Source of the DNA: Antedon mediterranea | Lineage: Eukaryota; Animalia; Echinodermata | Direction: 5' to 3' | Length of the DNA stretch: 64,000 bases | Assembly (NCBI RefSeq): GCF_964355755.1 | Contig: NC_092673.1 | Span: 26,223,648-26,287,647, forward strand | Shown: positions 11,583 through 25,065 of the stretch, in pieces | Layout of the letters: the number at the start of each line of letters is the position of its first letter | Numbering within the stretch: the stretch's first letter is position 1 | The notes under the pieces: generated by a model | What the model was told of the DNA's origin: nothing | Database searches by the model: none | The model's input: the letters and a program-made list of their open reading frames with translations, nothing else | Program-made: the position numbers and the translations under genes

Positions 11583-14500
11583 TTTTACTAGGTCAAGTAT
11601 GGTAATTTGTGAAATAACTGAAGAAAAGTATTTGTATGACACGGAAAATACAACAACTTTGAGTATAAATATTCAATTTTCTCGTTTCAGGTGTATATTT
11701 GATGCCTTGAAATATGTTCAAAATTACTTAGCACTTTAGCAATTCAAAATTATATTCTAATATTTCACATTATCGGGTTAAAAATACAATTTTTTTTAAA
11801 TATAAAATTTATGGGTTATGGCCGAAAAACAATCATTTTCAGCTATGTTAAAACAATACTATCTTTCGAATTTAGTAAATTCTGTTTCATTTTCAGAGAA
11901 TATTTCAAAATTATATTGACGGAGATGCCGCCGTGTCACATGATCATGTTGATGAGCGGCATCCAAGAATCAATTTCACTTGATTTAGCAATTGACTTTG
12001 TAATTTATTACGACTGTATACAAACTAAGTGTGACTAGGTTCAAGTACTGGAGGCAAGTAATATTTGTTATTATGGTATTGCATTGTCAGACATCAGTCA
12101 GTGGCGCAAAGTCTAAGACAATCAATGGTCTGCGTTTCGAAATCCAGTCTAAAGCACAAAAAATCAATTAAACCGATCTCTTCCATTAATTTTCACTCCA
12201 CCGAGAACTAACAAACGTAGAAAATGATTTCTTCAAATAACACAAGCTTAAATGGAATCTTTAGTGATTGAAGTTGTAGAATTGAGTAGAAAAGAACGTG
12301 GGTACACCACCATGAAAAAAGTTACTTTGAAAATTTAAATGATTGTCGGCATGCAATATTATTATTTCTAGTTGTTCTAAAGCTTATGTTCAAACAACAG
12401 AGCAATAAAAACAGATTATCGATTTGAACACAACTCTCAAGATTAATAAGGTGTGGTTATAAACACATGTGCCATACAAATTAAGAAAAGGTATTAAACA
12501 TATGGTATGGTATCAAATAACCATAGGATTATAATATCTGGGCATATAAATTAGAGGATTCTATTAATTCACACATTGTGTGGTGAACATTTTAGGAACT
12601 AAATTAAAACATTAGTGGCATTCAATTTCTCAATTTCGATGTTCGTTAATATGGCTATGGATTTATAATTTTCATACATAATACTCAATTTTAAATTTTA
12701 ATTATTTAATAATTTTATCTGTTATGTTTACAATGTTGCATAAGCATAATAATAAATAACCGAGACATATATTTTGACCTACAACACAATAGGAATACCC
12801 ACATTTTTTTTTCCCCTGCTGAAGTTGACAGAACAATAGAATTTACCTTGCCAAGTAACAATACATGACCAATCATTTCTCTAAATGTGCATTAAACCCA
12901 AAAAACATTATTTTTTATTAACATTACAATGTTTGGGAATGATATAAAACAAATGTTGTAATGCTATTAAACTCGGTGAAGATGTTAACTAGAGAATGCA
13001 GATCAAAATGAATGCCAAAATCACCTAAACGCAACATCTATCACATTATTGTGATTTTCAGCCTATAATGCATGTTTTACCAAATTTGCAACGACTATTA
13101 TCATCAACTGACAAGACATGGTAATGCTGTATAATGTCTTTTTCCACCAATCAGAATCATGTAATACTTGATATGATATTCTAGTCATAGAGGTAACCAT
13201 AAAAGTTGTCAGGGAAAGAAAGGGAATGTAATTACCTTATTAGGCTTTAATAGCTTTCAGGACTCTTAGCCCATTACCCATTTGAATTTCGGTACTTGTG
13301 TCGTCTGCAATAACTACTCAATATTCTGTCATTTCTCACTAAAATACATATCTGATAAATCTATACATAATTACATACCGCTATGTATCTTAATGGAAGA
13401 ATCGGAATATGAGGAAAAACCAAACCAATCCATCAGTTTGACAATAAAAAAAAACTGACCCATCTATCAATCACATTTTACACGAAAACTAATAACACAT
13501 CTAGATAGTCAAAATTCAAATGATAAAATTGTCTGACAAAAAAAGATTTATAGCGTTGATATTGATTTTTCAGCTCAGTAAATTTTACGCCATATTTGTC
13601 GAACAATATTGTCAATTTTGTTTGAAAAGAATTGGAAAATTTAATATAATCTGTCAGCGAAGATGGACTTAATTTAATTCAAATTGTTTCAAAAACCCTT
13701 TTCAATAATAGAATTAAATAAGCACGATATCAATTTACGAATCCAAATTCTTTAAATCCGTCAAAAGTACTACCCACCTAATACAAGATATATTTTCATT
13801 AAATAAAGAGTTTAAAACATTTAACAGGTCTGACTGGCGACACTTCAATATCCAGTTTAAATATCATTCAGAATAAATGTAATAACGTTTGGTAAAGTAC
13901 AAACTGTACAAGCTTTGCATCTAAACAGAAATAGAAATAATAACATTTATTCAATGTAGTAGATTATGTTTATATTGCTTTTTAAGAATATAATGAATTA
14001 ATATTTGAAATACAAAAATGTGCAAAAGAAATTATTATATTATAATATTATTAAATTATATGTAATAGTAACAATATTTTTTACATTTTATTACACAAAA
14101 AAAAAATAATAATAAAAGAAAAAAATTTTTTTTTTTATTTCAACTCAATATAAATAAATATAAATTTAATATTAAAAACAATGTTGTCGTAAGTTTTTTT
14201 TTCTTATTTTATTTGAGTCATTTTAGTATTAATAGATAAATGTCTTGCAAGACCCCCGACGGGTGAATAATGAGCGTATCTAGTAAAGTGCATGCGGATA
14301 ATTATCAGCTGAATGCATTACAAACATGGTCAATATTAGCAACTAACCTCAGGGGGCAAAGCAAACCCCTCGGGGATGCACCAAACACTTCCCCTTGATC
14401 GCACGCTTACAATACCATTGCAGAATAATACAAATTACTCGATTTCATTACAAAGATATTATCGTTGAATGCAATCATGTTGATGAGATAACGTCAATTC

Positions 14501-14887
14501 TATGAACGCTATTGAGGAAGAACTACTTGCTACTTGTGTAGTTTACCTGCAGTATAACAAGCTACTTTATACAATGTCTCATTCAATGCTACTTAGTGCT
14601 ATTCAAATATTTGTATTTTTATAGAGTGGAAGACAATTGCCTTAAGTGGATAAGCAGTATACAAGCCCCATTATACAGAGGGTAATGTAACTTATTTCGG
14701 TCATCATTTTCTTTAGGATAGATAGATGAAAATTCAAGTGTAATTGTTATAAATTTATTATTCTTTTAATGTTATAATATCATTTGGAACAAAATGTATC
14801 GATAAATATCCAAAAGAAATAAAATTTACAAATAAAAAATTTACTAAATTGAATATTTTGTTTTCCGAACAGTAGGAAAGAATTTGT

Positions 14888-14975
14888 AACAAAGGGACAA
14901 TTTGTTGATTAACAAGGGACAATTTTGTATTCACAAGGGACAATTTGTTGATTGTACAATAAGGGACACATTGCT
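14888..14975. repeat. Degenerate tandem repeat, ~4 x 22 bp ACAAGGGACAATTTGTTGATT
   Basis: AGGGACA recurs four times at 22-25 bp spacing. Confidence 0.8.
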
Positions 14976-16221
14976 GACTGTAATAGAGCAACACGTTATT
15001 CAATGTATGTTAATATATGCAAATGATATAATAAATGCAAATGTTTCCACCAATGAATAATTTTCCTTCTGATTTCGGTGGTATATTTACCGTTTCCAAG
15101 ATTTACAAAATTTTAAAAGTAGCAATATATCAAAGGTTAAATTTATGGTAAGAATAAAGTTAATTACATTTGAATACATTTACATTCATTTATTTTATTT
15201 ACATTTAAATAAACGACATCCATCATTATTATTAGACGACTTTTGACGTTTTCCCAATTTTCATACATATTTTTGTTGAGGGGGCTGACTGAAATCAATA
15301 TTAAATCCTAGTTCTTAAATAATTTAGTTCGCGTTAATTTAACTTCCATGTGCAATTAAGGATTCTCATTAGTACACACGCCCAAGGACAATCAAATATA
15401 CACTTTTGTCAGAGAGCAAAAATGTCAATAATATTTCCACTTAATTATGATAATTTGCATAAAAAATATTTAATATTTTCAAGACAAAAATGTTTCCTTA
15501 AGTAGAAAAGGGTCGTTACTAATATTTGTGTATTTTAAATTAAACTTTGATAGTGAAGATACTATAAATATCATTTATATAATTTATATCAATCAGCCTT
15601 AATATGTGTTAATATTAATAATATCAAACAAAAAACTTGTTTATTTGTATATTTTAAGTTTATTTTAAGTTTATTTCAATTTGTGAAGATCATCAAATAT
15701 AATTTATAAATATAGTAATATCAATCAGCTATAATATGCGTTATTATCAATAAACAATAAACTGGTATATTTTTTAATCCATCATTTTTGAATATTTATT
15801 CGCCCACCATACTGTCTATAATTGCAATTTTGATGTTATATTATTGCAATGTCTTTGGGCTCTTTTGTAACCATTTCATTCGTTACATCATTAATGTTTG
15901 TCATATAAGTATTATAAACCCTTGATTGCTAAACTAGGCGTTTTCCTACTAAAGGTATAAACTACATGTATTGACACTTCGGATAGGATTTGAACTAAAG
16001 ACCATGGAATTTGTAGACAAGATGGAGCATAAATGGTCATCTTTTTTTAGTGTGGACAGGTGGTTAGCATATTCTTGGAGCAAGAGATTGCATAGATTAC
16101 AGTGTGAATACAGGTTTGTGATTTCACATGAAAAATTCAAGTAATGGTTGTAATAAATCGCAAACGTGTACCATATTTTTACAAATGAATTTGCTTTCTT
16201 ATAAATAAATGTGGTTGCTTA

Positions 16222-16456
16222 TACGGTATAATCCCTATTAAAGGAGACATTTTTGGGCCCAAACAAAGCATCCAATTTAAAATGTTCCAAGAATAGGGCT
16301 GTTTTGCCTATGTTTATTTTACGGTAAAGTGTCCCGTTAATAGGGATGTTTCTTAAACAGTTTACCTGAACAGATGTTTGCCATATTGTTAAAACATGTA
16401 TTTGCCATTGCTTGTTTCATGGGAAAATATCCCCTTAATAGCAATGTTCTACAGTA
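16222..16456. mobile_element. Decayed Tc1/mariner-type MITE, same family
   Basis: tacggtataatccctattaaaggagaca ... tccccttaatagcaatgttctacagta form imperfect inverted ends. Confidence 0.5.
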
Positions 16457-18814
16457 AGCATTTACTAAGTTTTAAGGCAACATTCAGTTTGATGTTCTGA
16501 AATGTGAGCAAACCATTTAATTGTGGTATTGTAACAAAGTAATAAATTGCATTGACAAGACATCGGAAATAAACCGCTCCCAAAGGAAATCATGCTAGAT
16601 CATTTTCCAGCGGCTGATATCAACAAAGTGGAAGACTCAATGAAACGTACAGTAAAGACAATACTATTATTGTAGTAGTTGAATACAGATGATTCGATCA
16701 ATGATCATCACAAATTCCAAGTAAGTACAGTACTATGACACAGACTGACCTATTAGTGTTAATGACATGGTTCACAACAAACATCAATACATTAATGATT
16801 AATTAGATGAAGTTTTAAACGAACATAAAGTTAGTGTGTGTGAAAATGAAAGATCATAGTATCATCGCATACATTGTACATACAACAACGTTACTATATT
16901 TCACGATTACGACAGAATTTTATCCTATAAAGTTGTATATGTTGTCATTGACCATAGTTAGGTCATGAATACATTAGGTAATGTATTGGAGGAAAAAGGA
17001 CAGAAATAAATTTTAACAAGATTATTCTTCTTTTTCATATTTAAAATATAATCAGATAAACAATAAACCAATTTCAACCGAAAAGCATTGTCGACTCAAA
17101 AGATCAGACTGAAGATTTTCTTCTGGAAAGCCAAGATATTATTAAAACATTTAGTATCGAGGCAACATACTAGCTACCTACAAACTTTAGGGTTGGTTTA
17201 ATATCACCCACATGCGTATTATGATAAAAACATTGAGATGTTATAATATATATCTAGAGGGATTGCCACCTTATATTTAGGACAGCGAAATATACTAATG
17301 GCAATATATGCATAAAATAAACTAGTTTTTAATACTATAACACATTAAATGACGTATGAAGATATAAACAGAAAGAAAATGCAAAATATTTAATGTATTT
17401 GTGTCGGAATAAACGTTTAAACTCAATATGCAAGGTATTGGCAATCACTTGAATAATCGGCATACAAGTATTCGTAGAAGCTAATACCCAAGGTAGGAAT
17501 TAAAATAAAAGGATAACAACCAGATACGTATGCTATGGGCAACCCTTTAATAATGTGCACAAACGTTTTTATTAAGAGACAATACGACATTGTTGCCAGG
17601 CAAGATGGCAACAATTTCTCCAGTATCATATGCAAATTATGTGATGCAACATTAACATAACCCTTTAATCTAATCTTATACAGGAATCACATGTATGAAC
17701 ATGTGAAACTGTATTAAGGAATTTGCCTGATACTGTGGCATTAATGGCATTTCCTTTGACATGTTTTCATATTACATACAAATGGGAAGAATTCATGAGT
17801 ACAGTATACACACTAGCCATCATATAAAAAAACACTAGCCATGATATTATAAAAAAAAGAACAAACATGTTGAATATGCGAGAATAATAAAGCATTTAAA
17901 CTCAACCCAGTATTCACAAAAGATTCATGAGGCTGTTTCGACAGAGGAAACGATGAACGACAAATCCAAAGATTTAAGATCGACGTTTACAAATTCTCAC
18001 TAGTACATCAACAATGAAGAGACTAAATTTAATGCTTAAATCCAATTAGTTACTCAATATCGCACACTCGTCATGAAAAGGATATTTGATTCGATTTATT
18101 CAGCACAGTTGTAAAATAGAAATGCTGAGCCTTTTTATTCCTTCGTAAATTTCATTTTAAAGGCAAAAATTGTGATTGTTAAACACAAAACCAGTACTGA
18201 TCTCTGGCCTAAAGTCTGTACTTAGAATTGATACGTCAGGATGTAAGAATAACAGCAGGATGATTGAGTAATTATTTGAAGTGCTTTAGATCAGCTTGTA
18301 CAATTAAGTAACTGTGTGTATTACTGAGTAATTAGATAATAGTGTAGTTAGTGTAATTAGTTAATTAATGGTGTTAAGTGTATTACACAAATTAATTAAG
18401 ATTACACTGATGGATGCGATACACTCAATGTGATAAACTTATGATACAAATATTCAAGAGCTCAACAGAAACTCCTTATTTGGAACGTGGATGTAAATGT
18501 GCTAGACTGCATTCATTTATAAAGGCCTAAATTTCTACAGTTATAAAACTTTATCTCTTGCACAGGGTGTCTTAACAGTGCGTTTCATTTGGCTCATGAA
18601 TGAATATCAACATAAGGGAGGCTTCACCAGTTACACTTTATCTGGCCTGTAAGGCTATTTATAAATTACAAATCGGGGGCCAAACAGGAAAATTGTTGAT
18701 CTATGTGTACTGTAGCACCCAATCTGGGTAATGAACCCTTCGAATCTTGTGGAGTTTCGTCTCTTTTGGCACCAAATCTAATAGGGTTGTGTTTTACACA
18801 AACATAATACTTAC

Positions 18815-18860
18815 TGTCTTTTTTACTGCTTGGCGTGGTTGCCCAGTTAACCTTGATTGG
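18815..18860 (-). CDS. TIA1/TIAL1: TIA-1/TIAR coding exon (46 nt), end of RRM1 and linker
   Basis: Acceptor ttttatatcttttag, encodes PIKVNWATTPSSKKD+A, donor ACA|gtaagt at 18814. KVNWATTPSS is characteristic of the family. Phase 0/1. Confidence 0.95.
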
Positions 18861-18989
18861 CTAAAAGATATAAAATATTAACATATTTAAATAGACATGA
18901 AATTAAAAAGCAGACCACAAAAATGATTTTATTTTTTCAATTCGAAATTAGCAATTAAATCTCCCATTACTGGATAGAACTATATCATG

Positions 18990-19060
18990 TTTAAGAGGTG
19001 TAGAAGAAATCCTTGTACTAGGTTAGGATTGAACCCTGTACTTTGGTATTGGAATCAAAT
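18990..19060 (-). mobile_element. Decayed SINE fragment of the same family
   Basis: actaggttaggattgaaccctgtactttggtattggaa resembles actaggtcaggattgaaccccggaccttgggattggaa. Confidence 0.6.
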
Positions 19061-21396
19061 CATCATCAACAATAGAAACAAACCTTACAAAGAAAACGGT
19101 AATATAATGTAAGGTTAATTTTAAATATAAGACACGAGAGGACATTGAATGTATTTTTTATAAGGCTTCCAAGAAAGCTTTGCAATTTTGATATTTCAGA
19201 CATTAAATGACAAAAACACAGATATACAGTTGAATTAACATAGGAATTTAATAAACGTCATTACTCAAGAAGTAGAAGAGGTACATCCACGCATGATGAC
19301 CGACGTGCGAAAAAAAGTACTTTATAAGGTCGGGTCGATCCCAGAAGGACGAAGCTACCGGTCTCCAAACATTAGCTTATAATTGGTCTAATACCCTTTA
19401 ACACTTTTTGATCTCGCTAAGCTGTCCCTTGGGAGCACTGATCTTGTCAAAACATCTTGTGCTTGCCAAACATATCGCACACCTCTCTTGATCGAACATT
19501 AATTACTTTTTGAGCCAAAACCAATCATATTCTTTCCAGCAAGATATATTTATATTTTAATAATAATATTAGTCAAGCAGACATCACACTATGAAAACAA
19601 ACCCATTCAAAGGTTATGAGTGAAAGTATCAAAAGTAGTAGTACACTAGATATTTGTACTATTTTATATTACAATATCTGAATGATTATTTTTCTGAGAA
19701 ATAGTTATCTTCTAAATTACATTTTTATCAAATGAGGTTTATCACAGACCACCTAACCAAATAAAGTGAGTCACAAAATCTTTATGCAAATTAATGAGTT
19801 AGGTCACATGCTGCCATTAACCATACGTTGTATGACCCAAAGATATAATCGAGTTCATCATATTTTGTAACTCTTTTGAAACGGCTCGTTGTCGAGTATG
19901 AAATAGATCCCAGATTATTTTCAAGATGATAATGTCTGTTTGGCTTAGCGTATATTATCGCTGCAATAATTTGTAAGAGGAAAGACAAGCTTTGCTAACA
20001 AGCAGACGTAATTATTTTTTATCATCTTTAGTTTTTTTTAAAGGCTTTGCGATCAACAAATAACATTCAATTCCAATTTATATTCGGGCTATTACTCTGT
20101 AATCATTAACGCCTCTGGAAGATTTATAAACTTATCGGGATGTACCATTATCATGTAAACCCATGAATAATCCTAATGAAATGTTTTTTAACACAACAAC
20201 CTACTGTACTCTCAAAAGAACCAGTGGTGTATTAACGAAAATATTAAATGCATTTCATAATAAAAAAAACCAACTTGAATTTTACTATATCTGAACATAG
20301 TTGAGATCAATAATTGAATGAACAAAATGCATATTGTAAGAAGTACAACCTTTTAACTAAAATGCATTATGTAAACAGATATTCAATTTTCTAATCTACA
20401 AACACACTCGGAATGCTAAAACCTTACATTTCAATAATAGCAGAATCTAATTTATGCGATTCAAATAATATTATAATTGTGCATAGTACTATTATAATCG
20501 TTCAACTCTCCTAAAACACTGACCTACTAGAGAGAAACTTTTAGGATCAAACAAAGTTTGCCCTTGATACGGATGTCCTCTGAACGGGCCATAGTGACCC
20601 CATGTCACAATGGAGAGGCTCAATGTATAATGAAATTGACTTATTAGATTTTGTTAAGCCATCATTTTTCATACCAAGTTTATTGAATACTTAGCTCCTA
20701 TGAGGCTAAAAAATTAGAACACATGGAAAAGGGCTTTATAAATAATGACAATTTATTGATAACCAAGCAGAGATGTGTCCTATGGACATGGCAATCATTT
20801 ATATTATTGCAACAACTCTAATTTTGATAAACACACAAGTAATTGGAATGTAGCTCTAAAGAACCAACCTACACGACACATCAAAGAAATAAGTGCGGAC
20901 GCACTATCAAAGAAAAGTATAAAAACTGTGTATTGACCGACTTCTGAATTAATATTCTTTGGAAAGTAAAGTAAAACTAGAAAAAGTCTCCGTTATTACT
21001 GTTTATAGTGTAATTCTTGCTCAATTTCTGTCTTATCAACTAGCAAATTAATTTGATCTTTCTTATGAGCTCTTCAATCTTATTTCTAATAAATCTAAAG
21101 TCTACCCTTTCTTGATCGAAAAATAATGACTGATACTTTGTATGTTTTGAAGTAGGGGCCTATATGATACCAGAAAATAAATAAGGAGGGTAAATAAAGG
21201 AATGGTTAAATCGTCCAAATACAGTTCCAATTATAGACAGATTAATATTTTGTATCATTTTCGTTTCAACAACAGGAAATTCACCTATTATCTCAGTCTT
21301 CTCTTTTTTTTTAATTGAATGTTTTTGTAATGTAGATTTGATTGGCAACAATACAATAAGAATGTGTTTGAGTCATAATAAATGAATTCAATTTAA

Positions 21397-22023
21397 AGAC
21401 ACGTTCCCTACGTTTTTTAGATCTATTTTAAGATCACAAACTATATTTAATGTAAAAATAATACTATATGGTCCTATTGTGATAACTTTTTTCGTCTTTA
21501 AATGGTTAAATATGCGAAAAATAAGTCGATTCTAATAATTATAGCGGCCCGCTATAAATCCCAAAAAGCATTGCGCGCGGATTGATATTTCTGTTTTTCT
21601 TCTGTAATTCACCCACTTTTCGATCGATCGTGAGGACAAAACAAATGGAAACCTCATAACTTTTCAGCGAAAATACCGGGTTTTCCCCAATTTGTATCAA
21701 CGGAGTCTGACAAAAATAGACAGACAATTAATGCAGCAACTATACAACGTTAGGCTAGGTATATAGCTAGCGTACGATATTCGTACGTTACCGATGTTTA
21801 CCAGCTAGGCCTACAAAACTAAGCCTAGCTAGGCTAGGCCTAAAGACCGTCCACGAGAGGTCAGTCGCCGCGAGCTACTTTAGGTAGTGCATTGTTTCTC
21901 ACTTTTTATCCTAATTTACCATAAAACGTACATTTTAGACAACGAATGACCTGGTTTAATGTTTTTAAAGTAATATATATGTATTATTTTTACAAAACGT
22001 CACAAATTGTAGGGAAGGTGTCT
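21397..22023. mobile_element. Non-autonomous Kolobok-like DNA transposon (627 bp)
   Basis: 15-bp TIRs AGACACGTTCCCTAC / GTAGGGAAGGTGTCT (1 mismatch), TTAA on both sides (21393-21396, 22024-22027), purine-purine termini, CpG-rich interior. Confidence 0.8.
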
Positions 22024-24947
22024 TTAAATAAAAATTAAAAGGCAGTTTCCTACAATTTGTTCAGCAAAAAAAAATCTTTATATAGAAATCTTGAATACAG
22101 ACTAATAAATTGAGAAAAAAAATTTGTTATAATAGTAAATTTTTAAAGTGGTTGATGAACCACAACCAAATTAATAGGTTTAACCTAAATTGCATAGGTA
22201 TTATTACATTTAAACAAGTAAAAATGAATTATTTATTTAAAAAATAACAAAGAATAGATTGGCATGGTTTCAATAAATAAAGTATTGCAAGGAAGACAAA
22301 TTGATGAAGATGATGAATATGTTAATTGAGTCAAGTAGTGTTATTAGATGGTGATTAACCTTTTCTATAATAAATGTGCTACAGGCAGTATGAAAGGTAA
22401 CAGCAATTGCCTATTTATAGGTTTATATTCCAAGCAATCTGCCATGTAAAACAACTTTCAACCCAAATACAATCAATTTGCACTTGATACATACATTTTT
22501 AAAACAGTGACAATGAGAATGATTGGACTATTTAAACTTATAGAACCTCTATTAAGGAGGTATTGGTTGACCATAGTGTTGAACATAGATTTTGCCTCAT
22601 TCTTTAAATAGGAAAGTGTCTCCTATGAAGGAATTTTACTGTATTGTACAAAGTATATCCCAATGACTCTGGTATGAGCAAAAGGACTTTCACAGAAAAA
22701 TGTCCCCTAAATCAGAGTGTCCCACTGTATTCTAAATTCTGAGTTTTACTGTATTGTATTAAAGTATCCCAATGAGTATACTGTGGGCAAAGGGACTTTT
22801 AATGAGTTCATATTCTAAGTTATAATATTTGTCTAAAGTACTTTGAAATTTATATACAGTATCAAGCAGATTTATACATTTCTATTATGATTCTCTTCGA
22901 CATAAATGCTGGTATGAATTAGTAAAATAGTAACCATCGATAAAATTCTTTTAATTTCAAATAATCTCAAACCACCTGTTGCTCCAGTACATTTCAGTAC
23001 AGTTGGGCAGTCTGTCCTACTATTTGTTGGATCATATTCAAATATATTTTATATAATTTAATTATTAGCCTTATTGAAATCAACTAAAATATTTGTGATT
23101 GAGGTTACGAAAGATGACATACATTTTAGATTTATAAGATATAGAAGAGCGCATTGATGAACTTTCTTTATATCGAACAAAGTGGTAAATTTATTTCCAA
23201 ATCACAATCTACCTATTTTACTTGCTTTCTTAATAAGAAAAAAGTTTCACATCGTATGAACTTTTATTACATTAAATATTATTTCTTTCCTAATCGTATT
23301 TAAGTCATGGTAATATAGTATGGTCAAATTTAAAGTGTTCGGCATAGTTAACCTACAATAAAGATTTAAATGATAGATTCAAAAAAGATTTTAATATATA
23401 TATATGCTGTAAAATGATTGAATCTGCCGACGGAAAATGATCCAAAAACGTACTTGTAATGAAATATATTGAAGACAATTTAATCTTACGTAGCTGTTAC
23501 AATTTGATTCTTCTTCTTTATTATCCTCTACAACTGCAGATTGAATTTGATGATCATCGTAAAATCATAAATATATCATAACTGACATGTATTATTATCA
23601 CAATAATCTGAAACTCAACTGCTACTAAACCAGGCCACTTTGCAGTTATTTGACGACGTTCTACGGGCCATAAGGTAAAACCATTTTTTATTAAGAACAT
23701 TTTAAACACAATAGCTCCAGAAGCAAAGGAAGAGAATAATAATGATAATAATAAATAATCGATGGTTAAAATTTAGTCGTTTTCGAGTATTGAACATTTT
23801 GCCATTATCTAGTCATGTTAGTAATAAATGAGAGGATTGAATATTTTTCATCAAATAAATAAACTGATGACATATTCTCATCAGACAAATCCGCGAGGAT
23901 TTCTATTAATCGTAATTGACTTGTATTCATAGGATGTTTCTAGTATACAACGCCAAATATCAATTTGTACACTACAGTGCTTTCAACCAGAATGCTGTTA
24001 ATTTTAGTATGAGCATGATTATATTCTTAATGATTTGAATAAATCTTAGGTGTTTGAAATAAAGTGCACACACACAACAAATGTATTCTCATAATATGTT
24101 GATAAATTATATTTACAAAAGTAGCGGGAATAAGTTATAAAATATTGTCAAAATATTTAATCAATTTAATTTCTTGATAGGAGTTGTATCAAAAAAGTAA
24201 AAAAAAAAATTAGAAAATTACTCAGTCAATATCATTGTTCTCGAGGATATAAACTATTTACGATCCTCGCAGCGGTAGTCATGTGATGCAGTTTCAACCA
24301 ATCACGCTCACGTATTTACATAGGCTATGTAATATCATACTTTGTTTAACCTAGTTGTGGACCTTTCAGTTAATGTAATAAATAATAATTACACTAGAAT
24401 ATTGGGCTTTTCTTTGGGACTAACCAATTTTAATATTATACTTTTCATTCATTCTGCTTTTATTCAATATTTCTCTTTGCAGTATATATAAAATAAAACT
24501 AAATTGCGAGAGATTTACATATTGGTACAAGCTTTCAAACATCAAAGTTCGAAAAACTGAAACATTTATAATAAATTATATGTCTTGCGTTATTTAAATA
24601 CTACTTAAAATACAAAACTCATTTTTCAATTATTATCAAACTTTCTTTTTAATCAAAATTATCATTATCCCCATGAATCAACACGAAACATAGGCAACAC
24701 AAAAGGATTGTTACGGCTCGTTCTCGGCATGAATAGGCACTCGGGCGCGGAGACAATAACCTCAAATAAAATCCCTTCCGCCACATTACCAGTAATAACT
24801 AGTTGCAAGCCATCAAGCCTGTTTCGTGTTATTTCTTATCGATTTAATCCATTAACAGATCAATATGATTCCCACACAATGCTTTGGATAGACAGAAACC
24901 CATGTATTGTTTCTGACCCTTTCTTCCTTTAAACCCTGGGAATTTAC

Positions 24948-25031
24948 CCAGCTCTGCGTACGACCTCGTGTGAGGATGTGCCTCATGTCGATTGGCTGGG
25001 ACGAGTGGTGAAAAGCAAACAAACTCATCAT
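24948..25031 (-). CDS. Candidate alternative coding first exon (28 codons, MMSLFAFHHSSQPIDMRHILTRGRTQSW)
   Basis: ATG at 25031, open for 84 nt to TGG|gtaaat (phase 0, compatible with the 46-nt exon); locally GC-rich; preceded by Inr and DPE motifs. No transcript evidence. Confidence 0.5.
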
Positions 25032-25065
25032 CGTCCTGTATTGATTTTGTCGAGTAGCCAACTGA
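25032..25065 (-). promoter_or_regulatory. Candidate core promoter: Initiator TCAGTT (A+1 = 25063) with DPE GGACG at +28..+32
   Basis: Minus strand TCAGTT 25065-25060 and GGACG 25036-25032 match TCAKTY and RGWYV at the canonical spacing. Confidence 0.45.

Larger units (their letters stand above)
9645..18814 (-). other. 9,170-nt GT-AG intron (phase 1)
   Basis: gtaagt donor and ctctatag acceptor; the junction A|AC makes an Asn codon in frame. Confidence 0.85.
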
